DNA of 64,000 nucleotides from Isurus oxyrinchus (Eukaryota). Both the position numbers and the translations under genes were made by a program. Below, one piece after another: positions 36,240 through 48,396 of the stretch (position 1 is its first letter; each line of letters begins with the position of its first letter). The notes under the pieces were generated by a model. That model searched no databases. It was not told the DNA's origin and was given only the letters and a program-made list of their open reading frames with translations. The stretch spans positions 2,232,001 through 2,296,000 of the forward strand of contig JANJGN010000038.1 of the NCBI GenBank assembly GCA_026770705.1, read 5' to 3'.

Positions 36240-37345
36240 TCAGGGTGGGCAGAATTTGATGGTCAACACAGGCGCTAAAGCGGAAGAGAAATGGACTATA
36301 GCGCAGGGAAAACGATTCCTGAAAGATACTGTGGGAAGATAAAGCTGGTGAGCCAGCAGCACATGGTCGGGGGATGGACAGCAATGCAAATCTCATTTAG
36401 ACACAGTTGGCAGAAGAAATATTAAAATCCTAAACATAGTTAAAATACACCCCTTATTAGAGATAGAGAAAGTTAGACAATGGCAGAGAGGTGATCAGGA
36501 AGGGCAAAGGATGAAACAGAGCAATAGATGGACATGGATTCAGATCCTCAGTAAAGGAGTCACACCAGCCCCAGAGCCATGAAACCTCTCATAGATAACA
36601 GAGTACAGCACTAAAAGCTTTAAACTGTTGATGAATAGTCAAATATCCTCAACTCTGAAACAATTACAGTTTTCAAATTTAAAATCTCCTGCTGGTTCCT
36701 GCAGCTGGAAAGATATCAGAGGCACTGGAGTCAGAGAAAAATCTCCCAGTTCAGGAGCGGGATGATGTCACCGTGTAATTGTCGATGTGTGATGATGTCA
36801 CCGTGTAATTGTCGATGTGTGATGATGTCACGGTGTAATTATCAATGTGTGATGATGTCACACACACAGACACATAACATCTGGGTCTATGCAGACCAGT
36901 GATCACCACACATTATGAAGAATGTGAGAGGGTGCGGAGGAGATTTACCAAAATGGGTAAGGGATGAGGGATTTTAGTTGTAAGGTTAGTTTGGAGAAAC
37001 TGGGGATATTCGCCTTGGAGCAAAGTGGATTGAGGGGAGATTTTATGGAGGTGTACAAGTTTATGATAGGTTGAGATAAGATAAAGATGTTCACATTAGT
37101 TAATCATTAAAGGATTACAGACATAAATTTAAGATTTGAGGCAATACAGACAGGGGGCCTGTGAGGAAATAAAAATTACCCAATGAGTGATTACGCTCAG
37201 AGGCTGATAATATTCAGGTCCTGATGAATCGAATGACTCTGTCAGGTCTTGATGTGATGTTGGTTTCAGTTTCCCGTCTGCAAATCCTTCCCATTCAATA
37301 TCCTGTAAAAAGGAGATTATAAAAATACTCATCACTGTCAGTCCA
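36240..37345. repeat. Duplicated module of about 1.1 kb (direct partner about 51060-52170) with a 30-bp TGATGTCA tandem repeat and a minus-strand orphan ZNF exon start
   Basis: Shared gaatttgatggtcaa...gaaagatactgtgggaagataaagctgg, gatgatgtcaccgtgtaattgtcgatgtgt repeats, CR1 piece and atattcaggtcctg. Confidence 0.85.
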
Positions 37346-38844
37346 GTATACAAGTTGCGAAGAGACACATCCACACCCTTGCCCCACATTGCTGCTGATT
37401 TTCCTCCTTCCCGTCTTCCCTTTTCAAGGCTGCAATTCATTCTGTCTGCACCATCGTATTAGGCAGTGATTTCCAATACATCACTTTCCATTTTAAACAA
37501 AACACCTTATTGCCTCTGGTACATCAGATTCTCATCTTAAATCAGTGCCATCTGGTTATCGACCCTTCCTCCATTGGAAGCAGTTTCTCTTTAATTTCTC
37601 TATCTGAACCTTTCATGATTTTAATCAGCTCGATCACAATTCCTGTTTTTCCTTCTCAGCTTTCAGGCACTGTTATCATCAGCCTGTTATGTACCTTACA
37701 TAAGAAAATAAGAACTAGGAGCAGGAGTAGGCAATTCAGCCCCTCCAGCCTGCCCTGCCATTCAATACAACCATGCCTCATCTCATTTCGGCCTCAATCT
37801 CTCCTGGTTCCATTCTTCTCTATCTAATCATAGCCAGAGATTCACTTGGAATGTCTTCCCTTCCCACTCCCACAGTTCCCTCTGGTGACCCCCAGAGGAT
37901 CCAGCCTTGGTCACCTCTTATTTCCCATCAGCATGTTCCCCACAACGACATCATCTGAAGACACAATGTCAGTTATCAAGTGTACACTGACTGTGCCCAG
38001 CGCTACCTCACCACCACCTCTCTCCACTTTTGTTAAATTATCAGACTGTTGTCTGATATCCAATGGTAAATGTGCAGAAATTTCCTCCAATTAAGTATTG
38101 GGAAGACTGAAGCCATTGTTTTCATTCCCGAGCTACCAGCTCCATTCCTCTTCCTCACAACTGTCTGAATCTAAACCAGACTTTTTGCACACTTGATGTC
38201 AGATTTGACCCCGAGATGCGATTCCAACTCGTGTGTGTGTGTATCCCGCTGATTTTCCAGTCACACTGATGATTTAAATATTTCCACACAGACAGAACAG
38301 ACAAACAATTCTCCTTCCATAATCAGAGGCTGATCAGATATGAATTCAGTGATTTTATAAGATCTTGCAAGATTTTTGATTTGAGTTTCCCATCTGAAAA
38401 TGCTCTCCCTCTAATCCCCTGTAAACAGAGTTGACAAAAGCCATCACTATCAGTACAGTATAGAAATTCAGAACAGACTATTCTAGTTTCTATGGAACAT
38501 TCTTTCTCCTTTCATTCCCCCAAATCTATAAATCTCTGTCCCACACACTCCTGCCCCTCTCTGCTCATTGTTCCAGATACAGTGCCCAGTCACCTACTAA
38601 TTCTTTCCCCCTCTCCAAATTCTCTCTCTTCCTGTCCTTAAAGTGGTGGGTCAGTCTGTGGGTCAATCCCACTCCTTCACTCTAATTCTACCAAATAATT
38701 CAACTCAAAACAACAAATCATCTTTAATAACTTGCTTCGTCATTTGGATGTTTGGAAAGAATCAGCTTTTTCTCAACTGTGGAGAACAGAAAATCCAGTG
38801 ATTAATTCAGAGCTTCCTTCTCCCCTGATCTGTTCCAACAAGAT

Positions 38845-39135
38845 GTGTCTATCCAAGTTACATTGATACAGACTCACTCACTCAGGAAGTGATCAGATCT
38901 CACTGAACTATGACACAACCTGAGTCTATCTGAGTTATGCTGATACTGACCCACTCACGCAGTAAGTAATCAGGTCTCACTGAACTATGACACAAGCTGT
39001 TTCTATCCAAATTACATTCATACTGACCCACTCACTCAGTAAGTGATGAGGTCTCACTGAACTATGCCACAAAATGTGTCATCTGAGTTACACTGATACA
39101 GACTCAATAAGTGATCAGGTCTGACTGAAATACGA
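38845..39135. repeat. Tandem repeat of about 76 bp, about 4 diverged copies
   Basis: Recurrent actcactcag.aagtgatcag.tctcactgaactatgacacaa. Confidence 0.85.
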
Positions 39136-39409
39136 CAACAAATGCCACAACTTATATTTATATCGAGCTTCTAACGTGATACATTGTCCCAAGAATTTTC
39201 ACAGGGGCATAAGGACATATTAGGTCAGATGACCAACTGCTTGGTCAAGGAGGTTAGTTATAAGGAGTTTCTGAAAGGGGGAAAGTGAATTACACAGGTG
39301 GAGAGGTTTAGGGAGGAAATTCCAGAGCTGAGGGCCCAGCAGTTGAAGGCCCGGGCACCAATAGATTAAAATCGGGGATGAAGGTAATGATGTATGTGAG
39401 CCCCATAGT

Positions 39410-39930
39410 CCAGGCTCAAGGCCCAATGCTGAACTTTGGGTCATAGTTTGACCGTCCCAGGTCTCAGAGAAAAACAATTCCCCAAACAAACATCTTGTTG
39501 GATCTTGGTTTATTGATACCATAAGAAGTTTGGACCAGTTGAGTCCTCCTGTGTACTCGATGGGGATTGACTTTAACAGAGTTAATATCCTCTGGATTTC
39601 AGTGTCAGAACATGTTTTAGCAAAGCTAAAAAGTATATAAATACTGAAATACTGAACAGAACAAACACAGCAGGTCAATCACCATTAGAAAATGATAAGT
39701 TAATAGTCACTGTTTCAGGTGGGACTCCTTCAGAATGAACACTTCCCACCACCAGCACCAACCCCCTCCCCCCATCCCCCTCCCTATGAACTGAACATTC
39801 CTCCACCCACTCATCCACCAATGGCTCCCAGCTTGGATTGACATTCAGCATGAACCCAGTGAGAGAGCGAGCTGGCCCATGGGATGTCAGAATGGACAAG
39901 AGCTGGAAATGGTCGCAATCAATGTGTTTT
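39410..39930. repeat. Duplicated module (direct partner 63453-64000)
   Basis: High-identity match including accagttgagtcctcctgtgtactcgatggggattgactttaacagagtt. Confidence 0.9.
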
Positions 39931-40080
39931 ATGTGTCATTGTTCAAAATAGGAAACGTAATATTTTGTCAAGCCCCCATGTGCACATCCTTGGTGCATTA
40001 CAATTTCTCACCCAGTCCTTTCCTCTGGTTTCAACATGGTGCATCCTGTGTGGGTTCAGCAGAGGTTGAGGCAGACTGCT

Positions 40081-40490
40081 CGGGAGATGGGGGCAGTGTG
40101 TCGGGGGTTGGGCAGAGTGTCGGGAGATGGGGGCAGAGTGTCGGGAGATGGGGGCAGAGTGTCGGAAGATGGGGGCAGAGTGTCGGGAGATGGGGGCAGA
40201 GTGTCGGGAGATGGGGGCAGAGTGTCAGGGGATGGGGGCAGAGTGTCGGGAGATGGGGGCAGAGTGTCGGGAGATGGGGGCAGAGTGTCGGGAGATGGGG
40301 CAGAGTGTTGGGAGATGGGGGCAGAGTGTCGGGAGATGGGGCAGAGTGTCGGGAGATGGGGGCAGAGTGTCGGGACATGGGGGCAGAGTGTCGGGACATG
40401 GGGGCAGAGTGTCGGGAGATGGGGACAGAGTGTCAGGAGATGGGGACAGAGTGTCGGGAGATGGGGGCAGAGTGTCGGGAGATGGGGGCA
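40081..40490 (+). repeat. 21-bp G-rich minisatellite (CGGGAGATGGGGGCAGAGTGT), about 19 copies
   Basis: Directly visible; explains the 7-aa-period ORFs in all six frames. Confidence 0.97.
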
Positions 40491-40683
40491 GCTTTTTGGG
40501 AGACGGGACATGTATACTGTACACGTTCTTCTTCATAATCCACAACACTATTCCTGATGTTCTTGAGCTGCCTCACTTTCTTTCCCATTCACTCCATTTG
40601 CTGATCTATCAGTAATGGACTTGCTGCCATCTCGAACAAAACTGTTTTCACCACTAAGGCTTCGCTGGTATGTAATAGTCTTC

Positions 40684-40812
40684 ATGACATCATCGCGCTG
40701 GGACTGGATGACATCATCGCACTGGGACTGGATGACATCATCGCACTGGGACTGGATGACATCATCACACTGGGACTGGATGACATCATCGCACTGGGAC
40801 TGGATGACATCA
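40684..40812 (+). repeat. 24-bp tandem repeat (ATGACATCATCGCACTGGGACTGG), about 5.4 copies
   Basis: Directly visible. Confidence 0.95.
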
Positions 40813-41387
40813 TAAGAGTCCATTGTTTCTTAATGATCCACATCAATAACAAGAGGAAATATTAAAAAACCTGAGCACATTATCTAGGCTGACACTCCAG
40901 GGTGACATTGAGGGACTGCTGCACTGTCAGAGACAGCATCCTTCACATGGAACTTGTGGAGGCTCTGGTCACAATCTTCCAATCCTCCTTATACAGTAGT
41001 GGTGTCAAAGCACTGACAGATTGTAAATGTTACACCCCTGTTCAAAAACACAGCAATTCCAGGACAATCAGCTTCACATCAGTGGTGAGGAAAGGCTGGA
41101 GACAATAATCTGGGAGAAAATCAGTTGACACTTGGAAAAGTATTGGTTATTTCCAGCATTATCTGTTTTTAATACTGATACTTCCCTGGATCCCAAGGCT
41201 CTCTGGGAGGTTTGGGGAGTTGGGACTTATCCATGAGAGTAACCAAAGGTCTGAGAACTGAAAGAACCAAGGGTTAGAAAGGAGAAAAGAACCAAAAATG
41301 GAGCAGTTGGGAAAAGGACATCGATTCGTCTCCTCTTATCCCGGAGAAATCAAGGACTCGACATCCTGAGAGTTTGAAACAAAGCTG

Positions 41388-42985
41388 ATTTATTTAACAG
41401 ACATCAAGATATTAAACTTCAGCCAAGTTACAGGGATTATTAACATCAGCAGAAACAAACCACAACTATCAGAATGAACATGGTTCAGTTCTGGGTGTGA
41501 TTAACAACAGCAATAACAGCAGAATCCAACCCCTGCAGACACTTGTGAACTCGCTGGTGTCTGAGCAGGTGGGATGAGCAAGTGAATCCCTGCCTCCATT
41601 CGGAGAATGTGAACAGCCTCTCCCCAGTGTGAACTCGCTGGTGTCTCAACAGGTTGGATAAATGAGTGAATCCCTTTCCACACTCGGAGCAGGTGGATGG
41701 TCTCTCTCCAATGTGAATTCACTGGTGTACACTGAGGTGGAATGAAGGCTGAATCCCTTTTCCACAGGAAGTACAGGTGAACGGCCTCTCCATGTGTGAA
41801 TTCGCTGGTGTTTCAGCAGGTGGGATGACTGAGTGAATCCCTTCCCACGCTCAGAGCAAGTGAACGGTCTCTCCCCAGTGTGAATTCGCTGGTGCACTTT
41901 GAGGTTGAATAAAGTCCTGAATCTCTTTCCACAGGAAGTACAACTAAATGGCCTTTCCTCAGTGTGAATTAGGTTAGAAGAGCCAGTGAATCCCTTCCCA
42001 CATACCATGCAGATGAATGCTCTCTCTCCAGTGTGAACTTGCTGGTGTCTCAGCAGGTGGGATGACCGAGTGAATCCCTTCCCACACTGGGAGCAGGTGA
42101 ATGGTCTCTCTCCAGTGTGAACTTGCTGGTGTGTCAACAGATGGGATGACCGAGTGAATCCCTCCCCACACTCGGAGCAGGTGAATGGTCTCTCTCCATT
42201 GTGAACGTGCTGGTGTATCAGCAGGTGGGATGACCGAGTGAATCCCTTCCCACACTTGGAGCAGGTGAATGGTCTCTCTCCAAAGTGAATTCGCTGGTGT
42301 GTCAGCAGGAGGGATGACTGAGTGAATCCCTTCCCACAATCGGAGCAAGTGAATGGTCTCTCTCCAGTGTGAACTCGCTGGTGTGTCAGCAGGTGGGATG
42401 ACCGAGTGAATCCCTTCCTACACTGGGAGCAGGTGAATGGTCTCTCTCCAGTGTGAACTTGCTGGTGTTTCAGCAGGAGGGATGACTGAGTGAATCCCTT
42501 CCCACAATCGGAGCAGGTGAACAGCCTTTCCCCAGTGTGACTGCGTCGATGGATTTCCAGTTAGGATGGACAATTGAATCCTTGCCCACAGTCCTCACAT
42601 TTCCACGGTTTCTCCATGGTGCAGGTGTCCCTGTGTCTCTCCAAGTTTGATGATCAGTTGAAGCCTCGTCCACACAGAGAACACGTGTAGTTTCTCCCCG
42701 CTGTGAATGGTGTGATGCTATTTCAGGCTTTATAACTGGTTAAAGCTCTTTCCACAGTCAGTTCACTGGAACACTCTCACTCGGGTGTGTGTGTGTCTCG
42801 GTGCTTTTCCAGTTACACTGATGTTTGAAATATTTTCCCACAGACAGAACAGACAAACATTTCTCCCTCCACATTCAAAGGTGATGATATTCAGGTCCTG
42901 ATGAATCGAGTGACTCTGTCAGATCTTGATGTGATGTTTGGTTTGAGTTTCCTGCCTGAAAATCTTCCCCTTCTAATTCTCTGTA
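41388..42985 (-). pseudogene. C2H2 zinc-finger pseudogene (about 12-13 fingers)
   Basis: Acceptor near 42983, ACCATGG start at 42617 ([11 protein letters not shown]), TAA at codon 19 (42561-42563), open finger array to about 41790 then a frameshift, shared 3' UTR and AATAAA near 41390. Confidence 0.9.
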
Positions 42986-44129
42986 AAAGGAGTTTACAAG
43001 AGTCATCACTGTAAGGACAGGATAGAAATTCAGAACAGACAATTCTAGTTTCTACAGAACTTTTTTTCCTCTCTTGTTCCCTGAAAGCTGCAAATCCCCA
43101 TCCCACACACTCTCCCTCCTCCCTGTGCTGAAATCCAAACAGAGTTTTGGGCAATTCTTTCTGTATCTTTTTAACAAATTTCTACAACTGAAGGTGACAA
43201 TATATCTGATCATTCACTTCAGTGATTAATCGTGACAAAACATTAATCTGAAACCCTCTGACTGACCAGGCAGAATAGCAGATGTTAACCTTGCGTCCAA
43301 AACTTACTGTGTGGAGACTTAATGAGTGATCGTGTAGGTGGTTTCTCCAAACGTCCCAAGGTTTCCTTCCTTCTCTCCCTCTCTAACTGAGTTAAACCTG
43401 GGATCAGTCTCATGACACATTCTGGTTCCTGTTTCTCTTCCTGATGATTAATTAACTCCAATTAAACACTGAGAAGACTGAAGACACAGTTTTCAGCCCC
43501 TGCTCCAATCTCCAGTTCCCAGATATCAACTCCATCCCTCTCCCTGAGAACAGTCTGAGATTAAACCAGTCTGTTCACAACCTCGGTGTCACATTTGATC
43601 TCAAAATGAGTTGCTGACCTCATGTCTGTGCTATCACTAAGATTGCCTGTTTCCACCTCCGTAATATCACCTGACCTCACCCCTGTCTCAGGAGTGTCTC
43701 ATTTGCTGCTGAAACCCTCATCACTGCCATTTTTAACTCCAGACTCAACCATTCCAACACACTCCTGGTTGGTCTCCAACATTCTACCCTCCGTAACCTT
43801 GAAGACATCCATATTTTTCCTGTCTGTGTCTTCACTCACAGCTTGGCCCACTCCCTGACCTTTCTTGGCTCCCGTTCAAGCAGCAACTTGATTTTAAAAT
43901 TCTCAGTCTTGTTTTCAAATCCTCTCATGGCCTCCTCTCTCCCAATCTCTGCAATCTCCTGCACAACCCGTTATGATATCTGCACAGCTCTAATTCTAGC
44001 ATCCCTGTTTTAATTGCTCCACCATTAGCATCTGTGCCTTCAGTTCCCTTGACCCCAAGCTTTGAATTTCTCTTCCTAGGTCTACCACACTTTTCCCCTT
44101 TAAGACAATTGAGTATTAATAAAAAAAGA

Positions 44130-44510
44130 CATTTTGTCAAAACGTTTTATCTTGTACTCATCAGGATAGAGGGAAGAATATCAAATTTCAAAAATTATCA
44201 GTCGGGCTCATAATGTGGCTCATTTACACTTGCTAGAAGCTACATATGTTTATCCACAGGGGCCTGTCCTCTGCAGGCAGAAGGAACAAGTCCAGGCATG
44301 GGGTCTATTGTGGAACTAAACAAAAGCACAGAGGATGACAGCTCCTTGTTGTGTTCTCCATGACAACAACCAATCAGAGCTGACGGGCCAGCAATCTGCA
44401 CCCTTTTCTCATACAGTAGAAGTTGTTGTTCCCTTTGAACTTTGGGATTCCTGTGTCTGTCCTGGTGAGTGCAAGTCGAAAAGCTTTGACAGCTTGTCTC
44501 TTTTTTCAGT
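44130..44510. mobile_element. Old Penelope-type pLTR remnants of a second family with two oppositely oriented degenerate hammerhead motifs
   Basis: Minus 44135-44168 CTGATGA GTACAAGAT AAAACGTT; plus 44458-44491 tgtc CTGGTGA GTGCAAGTC GAAA AGCT TT gaca. Confidence 0.55.
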
Positions 44511-44759
44511 AATGATCAAATTTTTTACAAGCAAGCGACTGTTTAAGTATTTTGGACACCTCTTTCTGTGTCTGGATGTCACACTTTGTTTTATAATTTC
44601 CCTGTGAAGCTCACTGGGATGATGTATGATGTTAATAGAAGTTGTTGTTGTTTCTGACTGTGACCCTGATCTCCTGTTTTACAACAACCCATTGACTTCA
44701 CACCAAACTCTATCTCTGATTTATTGTCCCTCCTGCTGGTCATTCATCCGGGTCTGCAG

Positions 44760-45480
44760 CCTCTGTAAAGATGGCGGCCACGCATGCTCCCTGTTGGACA
44801 TTGCCCCCTACAAATATGGTGACTGCACATGCGCTGTGCGCTGTTTGCCCCCTACAAATATGGTGACTGCACATGCGCTCTGCGCTGCTTGCCCCGACAA
44901 AATGGCAGCCGTTATCTCGGGCCTACTTCCGGAGAAACAGCCTAATCTGTGGTTGGACGGACGGTTCCTTATTGAGGGTTTAGGACAGAGACCGTGAATC
45001 CATAAAGCCTCCCGACTTACCCGCCGACCCTATCTATGCTCACGGGTTTTTTTTCCCCGTCCTCAGTCCACACTCGGTCTTTGTAAATCCCACATTTCAA
45101 ATCCGCTCGTTCGAGCTCTCCTCACGTCTGACTTCACACTCTGCACATGCTCCAGCTCACAATGATTGACGGCGGCTCCGGACCAATAGGATGAGGGGGC
45201 GGGCCTGGAGCATAGAGCGCGAGCGGCTGGTTCTCCGACCAATCGGAGTGAATGAGGGGCGTGGCCGGTCTTGCATTGAAGCATGCGCAGTATCAGTGCA
45301 GAACTAGGATGAAGGCGGTCGGGTGACAGTCCAGCGCAGGAGAAAGGGCCGAGTGCAGGAGAGGAATGGAGCCGGAGGGTGGACTGGGAGGGTTCACAAA
45401 CACCCGGTGTAGGACTCCAAACCCGGGTTAGAAACTCCCGGAGCCGAGTTTACACCGAGTGTTTGGAAACTCCTTTTCCA
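44760..45480. promoter_or_regulatory. CpG island, probable bidirectional ZNF promoter
   Basis: AAGATGGCGGC (YY1) near 44768 plus decayed tandem copies, GCATGCGC (NRF1-like) near 45281, CCAAT boxes near 45183 and 45239, GC boxes, minus-strand donor cgg|gtaagt at 45020. Confidence 0.75.
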
Positions 45481-45781
45481 GTGGGTTAGAAGGGGAGGAT
45501 TTACATTCAGCAAACTCAAACCCAGAGAAATATTTGTTTCACCTCAGTTTCTCCCCCTGACTGACAGGGAATTTTTTAATAATCTTTTTACAGGATTTCC
45601 AATGGGAAGGATTTACAGATGGGGAAACTCAAACCAAACATCATATCAAGGTCGGACAGGTCACTTGAGTCATCAGGATCTAATGACTTTGACTGTGGAA
45701 GGAAAAAGGTTTGTCTGTTGTGTTTGTGGGAAAAGCACCGAGATTTTCAAAATCCTGGTTAGACTGCACCTAAACCACTGT

Positions 45782-45881
45782 AAAAAAAATAAAAACTGCT
45801 GGAAGTGCTCAGCAGGTCTGGCAGCATCTGTGGAGAGAAACATAGTTAACGTTTCAGGTCAACATGATCTTTCATCAGAAC
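45782..45881 (-). mobile_element. Penelope pLTR remnant with canonical hammerhead core
   Basis: Minus strand gtt CTGATGA A AGATC atgtt GACCT GAAAC GTT aact. Similar remnants near 8525, 50690, 53625, 55405, 56935 and 61430. Confidence 0.7.
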
Positions 45882-47394
45882 AGGAATACTGTGTTCAGTT
45901 CTGGGCAGCACCTTAGGAAGGATTAACTATATTGGCCTTAGTGGGAGAGCAGTGCAGATGTACCTGAATAACACTTGGATTCCAAGGGTTAAATTATGAG
46001 AGGTCAAACAAATGCATCAGAATCATTGCAGCACAGAAAGAAGCCATTCAGCCCACTGAGTCCATGCCAGCTCTCTGTAGAGCAATCCAGTCTGTCTCAT
46101 TGCCCCGCTGTGTCTTCAACTCCCTGCATGTTTATTTCTCTTAAATGCTGGTCCAATTTAATTTTAAAGTGTTGATCATGTCCGCTTCCAGCCTGCTCAT
46201 AGGCGAGAGTTCGGGGTTATTACCACTTGTTGTGTAAAATGTTCCTCCCTGCATTTGCCCTGTATCTATTGCCCATAACCTTCAATCTGTGTCCCCCTAA
46301 TCCTTGTACCATCACCAAATGGAAACATTTTCTTTGTCCACCTTATCTGAACCTGTCACAATCTTGTTCACCTCTAACAAATCTCCCCTCAACTCTGTAA
46401 CTCCAAGAAGAACAACTTCAGTTTCTCCAATCTCACTTTGTAACCGAATTCCCTTTTTTCCTGGAACCATTCTGGTAAATCTCCTCCGCATCCTCTCAAG
46501 GACCCTCACCCCTTTCCTAAAGTGTGGAGACCAGAACTGGATGCAATACTCCTGTTGTGACCTAACCAGAGCTTTATAACGGGTCAGCTATTTTCCCCTG
46601 TGTTTATACAGATTAAATCTGCTTATGAAACCCAGGATCTCATATATTTTGCGAACTGCTCTCTCATTATGTCCTTTCACCTCCAAATGTGCATGCACAT
46701 TAACCCCCTGGTTCCCCCCAGTCCCTACACACTCTTTTGGACTGTACCATTGAGTGCCCTATTCATTCTGCCAATATTCATCATCTCACTGTGAGGTTTG
46801 TATTCCCTTGAATTTAGAAGATTGCGGAGGATTTTCTCGCAGTTTTCATGATATTAATTGGAAATGGTGTGGTAGATAGTGGGGAACTATTTCCATTGGT
46901 TGGGGAATCCAGGACTGAGGAACATGGTCTAAAAATTAGAACCAGACCTTTCAGGAGTGAGATTAGGAAAATCTTCTCCAGGGAAAGTTGGGAATTCTCC
47001 TCCTGAATTAGCAGTTCATGCTTGATCAATGTTCAGTTTCAATCTGGCATTGATAGATCCTTCCTAACACAAGGTATAAATTAAAGGACATAAGATGAAG
47101 GGTCACAGGTCAGCCGTGATCTGATTGCATGGTGGGACAGACTCGAGGGGCTAAATGGCCAACTCCCAGAATCATCGAAAGGTAGAGCACAGAAGGAGGC
47201 CATTCAACCCTTTGTGCTTGTGCTGCCTCTTTGAAAGAGCTGCCATGTTTAGTCCCACACACCCACTTTCTGTTTGTAACCCTGTAAGTTCCTCAATCCC
47301 AAATCCCTGTCAACTCCCTTTTAAAATTCATGATAGAGTCAGGTTCCAGCACCTTTTCAGGTAGAATGTTCCAGATCCTGAAAACTCTCTGTTG

Positions 47395-47705
47395 ATGCAG
47401 AAACTGCTGAACTCGATGTTCAGTCCGGAAGGTTGTAAAGTGCTGAATTGAAAGATGAGCTGCTGTTCCTCGAGCACTGATGGAGCTTCATTGAAACAGT
47501 GCAGGAGGCCAAGGACAGAGAGGTCAGAGTGGGAGTGAGGCGGAAAATTAAAATGACAAGTCAGGATTAAGCTCACAGACTGAATGGAGGTTGTTCCACA
47601 AAGTGATCACCCAATCTGTGTTGGTCTCCCCAATGTAGAGCAGACCGCATCATCAGCAGTGAATACAGTAACTAAACTGCAAGAAGTACAAATAAATCAC
47701 TGTTT
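47395..47705 (-). mobile_element. Penelope GIY-YIG 3' fragment (old)
   Basis: CHFNFPPHSHSDLSVLGLLHC...LEEQQLIF...LQPSGLNIEFS. Confidence 0.88.
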
Positions 47706-47781
47706 GGTTTCATCTTGCACAACCTTGAGAACAGCCTGAAGAAAGATACTTTACCTGAAGAATAAAGGTTAAAATATAATT

Positions 47782-48396
47782 ACATTGTCTATCTCAGGGT
47801 GTAATCCAAGAACAACACCTTGTATTTACACAGAGGGTTGTGGGGCTGGAGGAGGTTACAGAGACACTGAGGATTCGGTTGACATTGTCTATCTCAGGGT
47901 GTAATCCAAGAACAGCACTTTGTATTTACAGGAAGGGTTGTGGGGCTGGAGGAGGTTACAGAGATACTGAGGATCCGGTTGACATTGTCTATCTCAGGGT
48001 GTAATCCAAGAACAACACCTTGTATTTACACAGAGGGTTGTGGGGCTGGAGGAGGTTACAGAGACACTGAGGATTCGGTTGACATTGTCTATCTCAGGGT
48101 GTAATCCAAGAACAGCACTTTGTATTTACAGGAAGGGTTGTGGGGCTGGAGGAGGTTACAGAGATACTGAGGATCCGGTTGACATTGTCTATCTCAGGGT
48201 GTAATCCAAGAACAACACCTTGTATTTACACAGAGGGTTGTGGGGCTGGAGGAGGTTACAGAGACACTGAGGATCCGGTTGACATTGTCTATCTCAGGGT
48301 GTAATCCAAGAACAGCACCTTGTATTTACAGGAAGGGTTGTGGGGCTGGAGGAGGTTACAGAGATACTGAGGATCCGGTTGACATTGTCTATCTCA
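47782..48396 (+). repeat. 100-bp tandem repeat, 6 copies, with alternating A/B variants (200-bp higher-order repeat)
   Basis: Units start at 47782, 47882 ... 48382; cagagggttg alternates with ggaagggttg. Confidence 0.97.

Noticed and set aside
39879-40823. Long repetitive ORFs in all six frames
   Set aside because: They arise from stop-free 21-bp and 24-bp tandem repeats; no coding evidence.
47782-48396. CRISPR-like periodicity here and at 36762 and 40684
   Set aside because: Head-to-tail repeats with no unique spacers, no cas genes, and a eukaryotic context.
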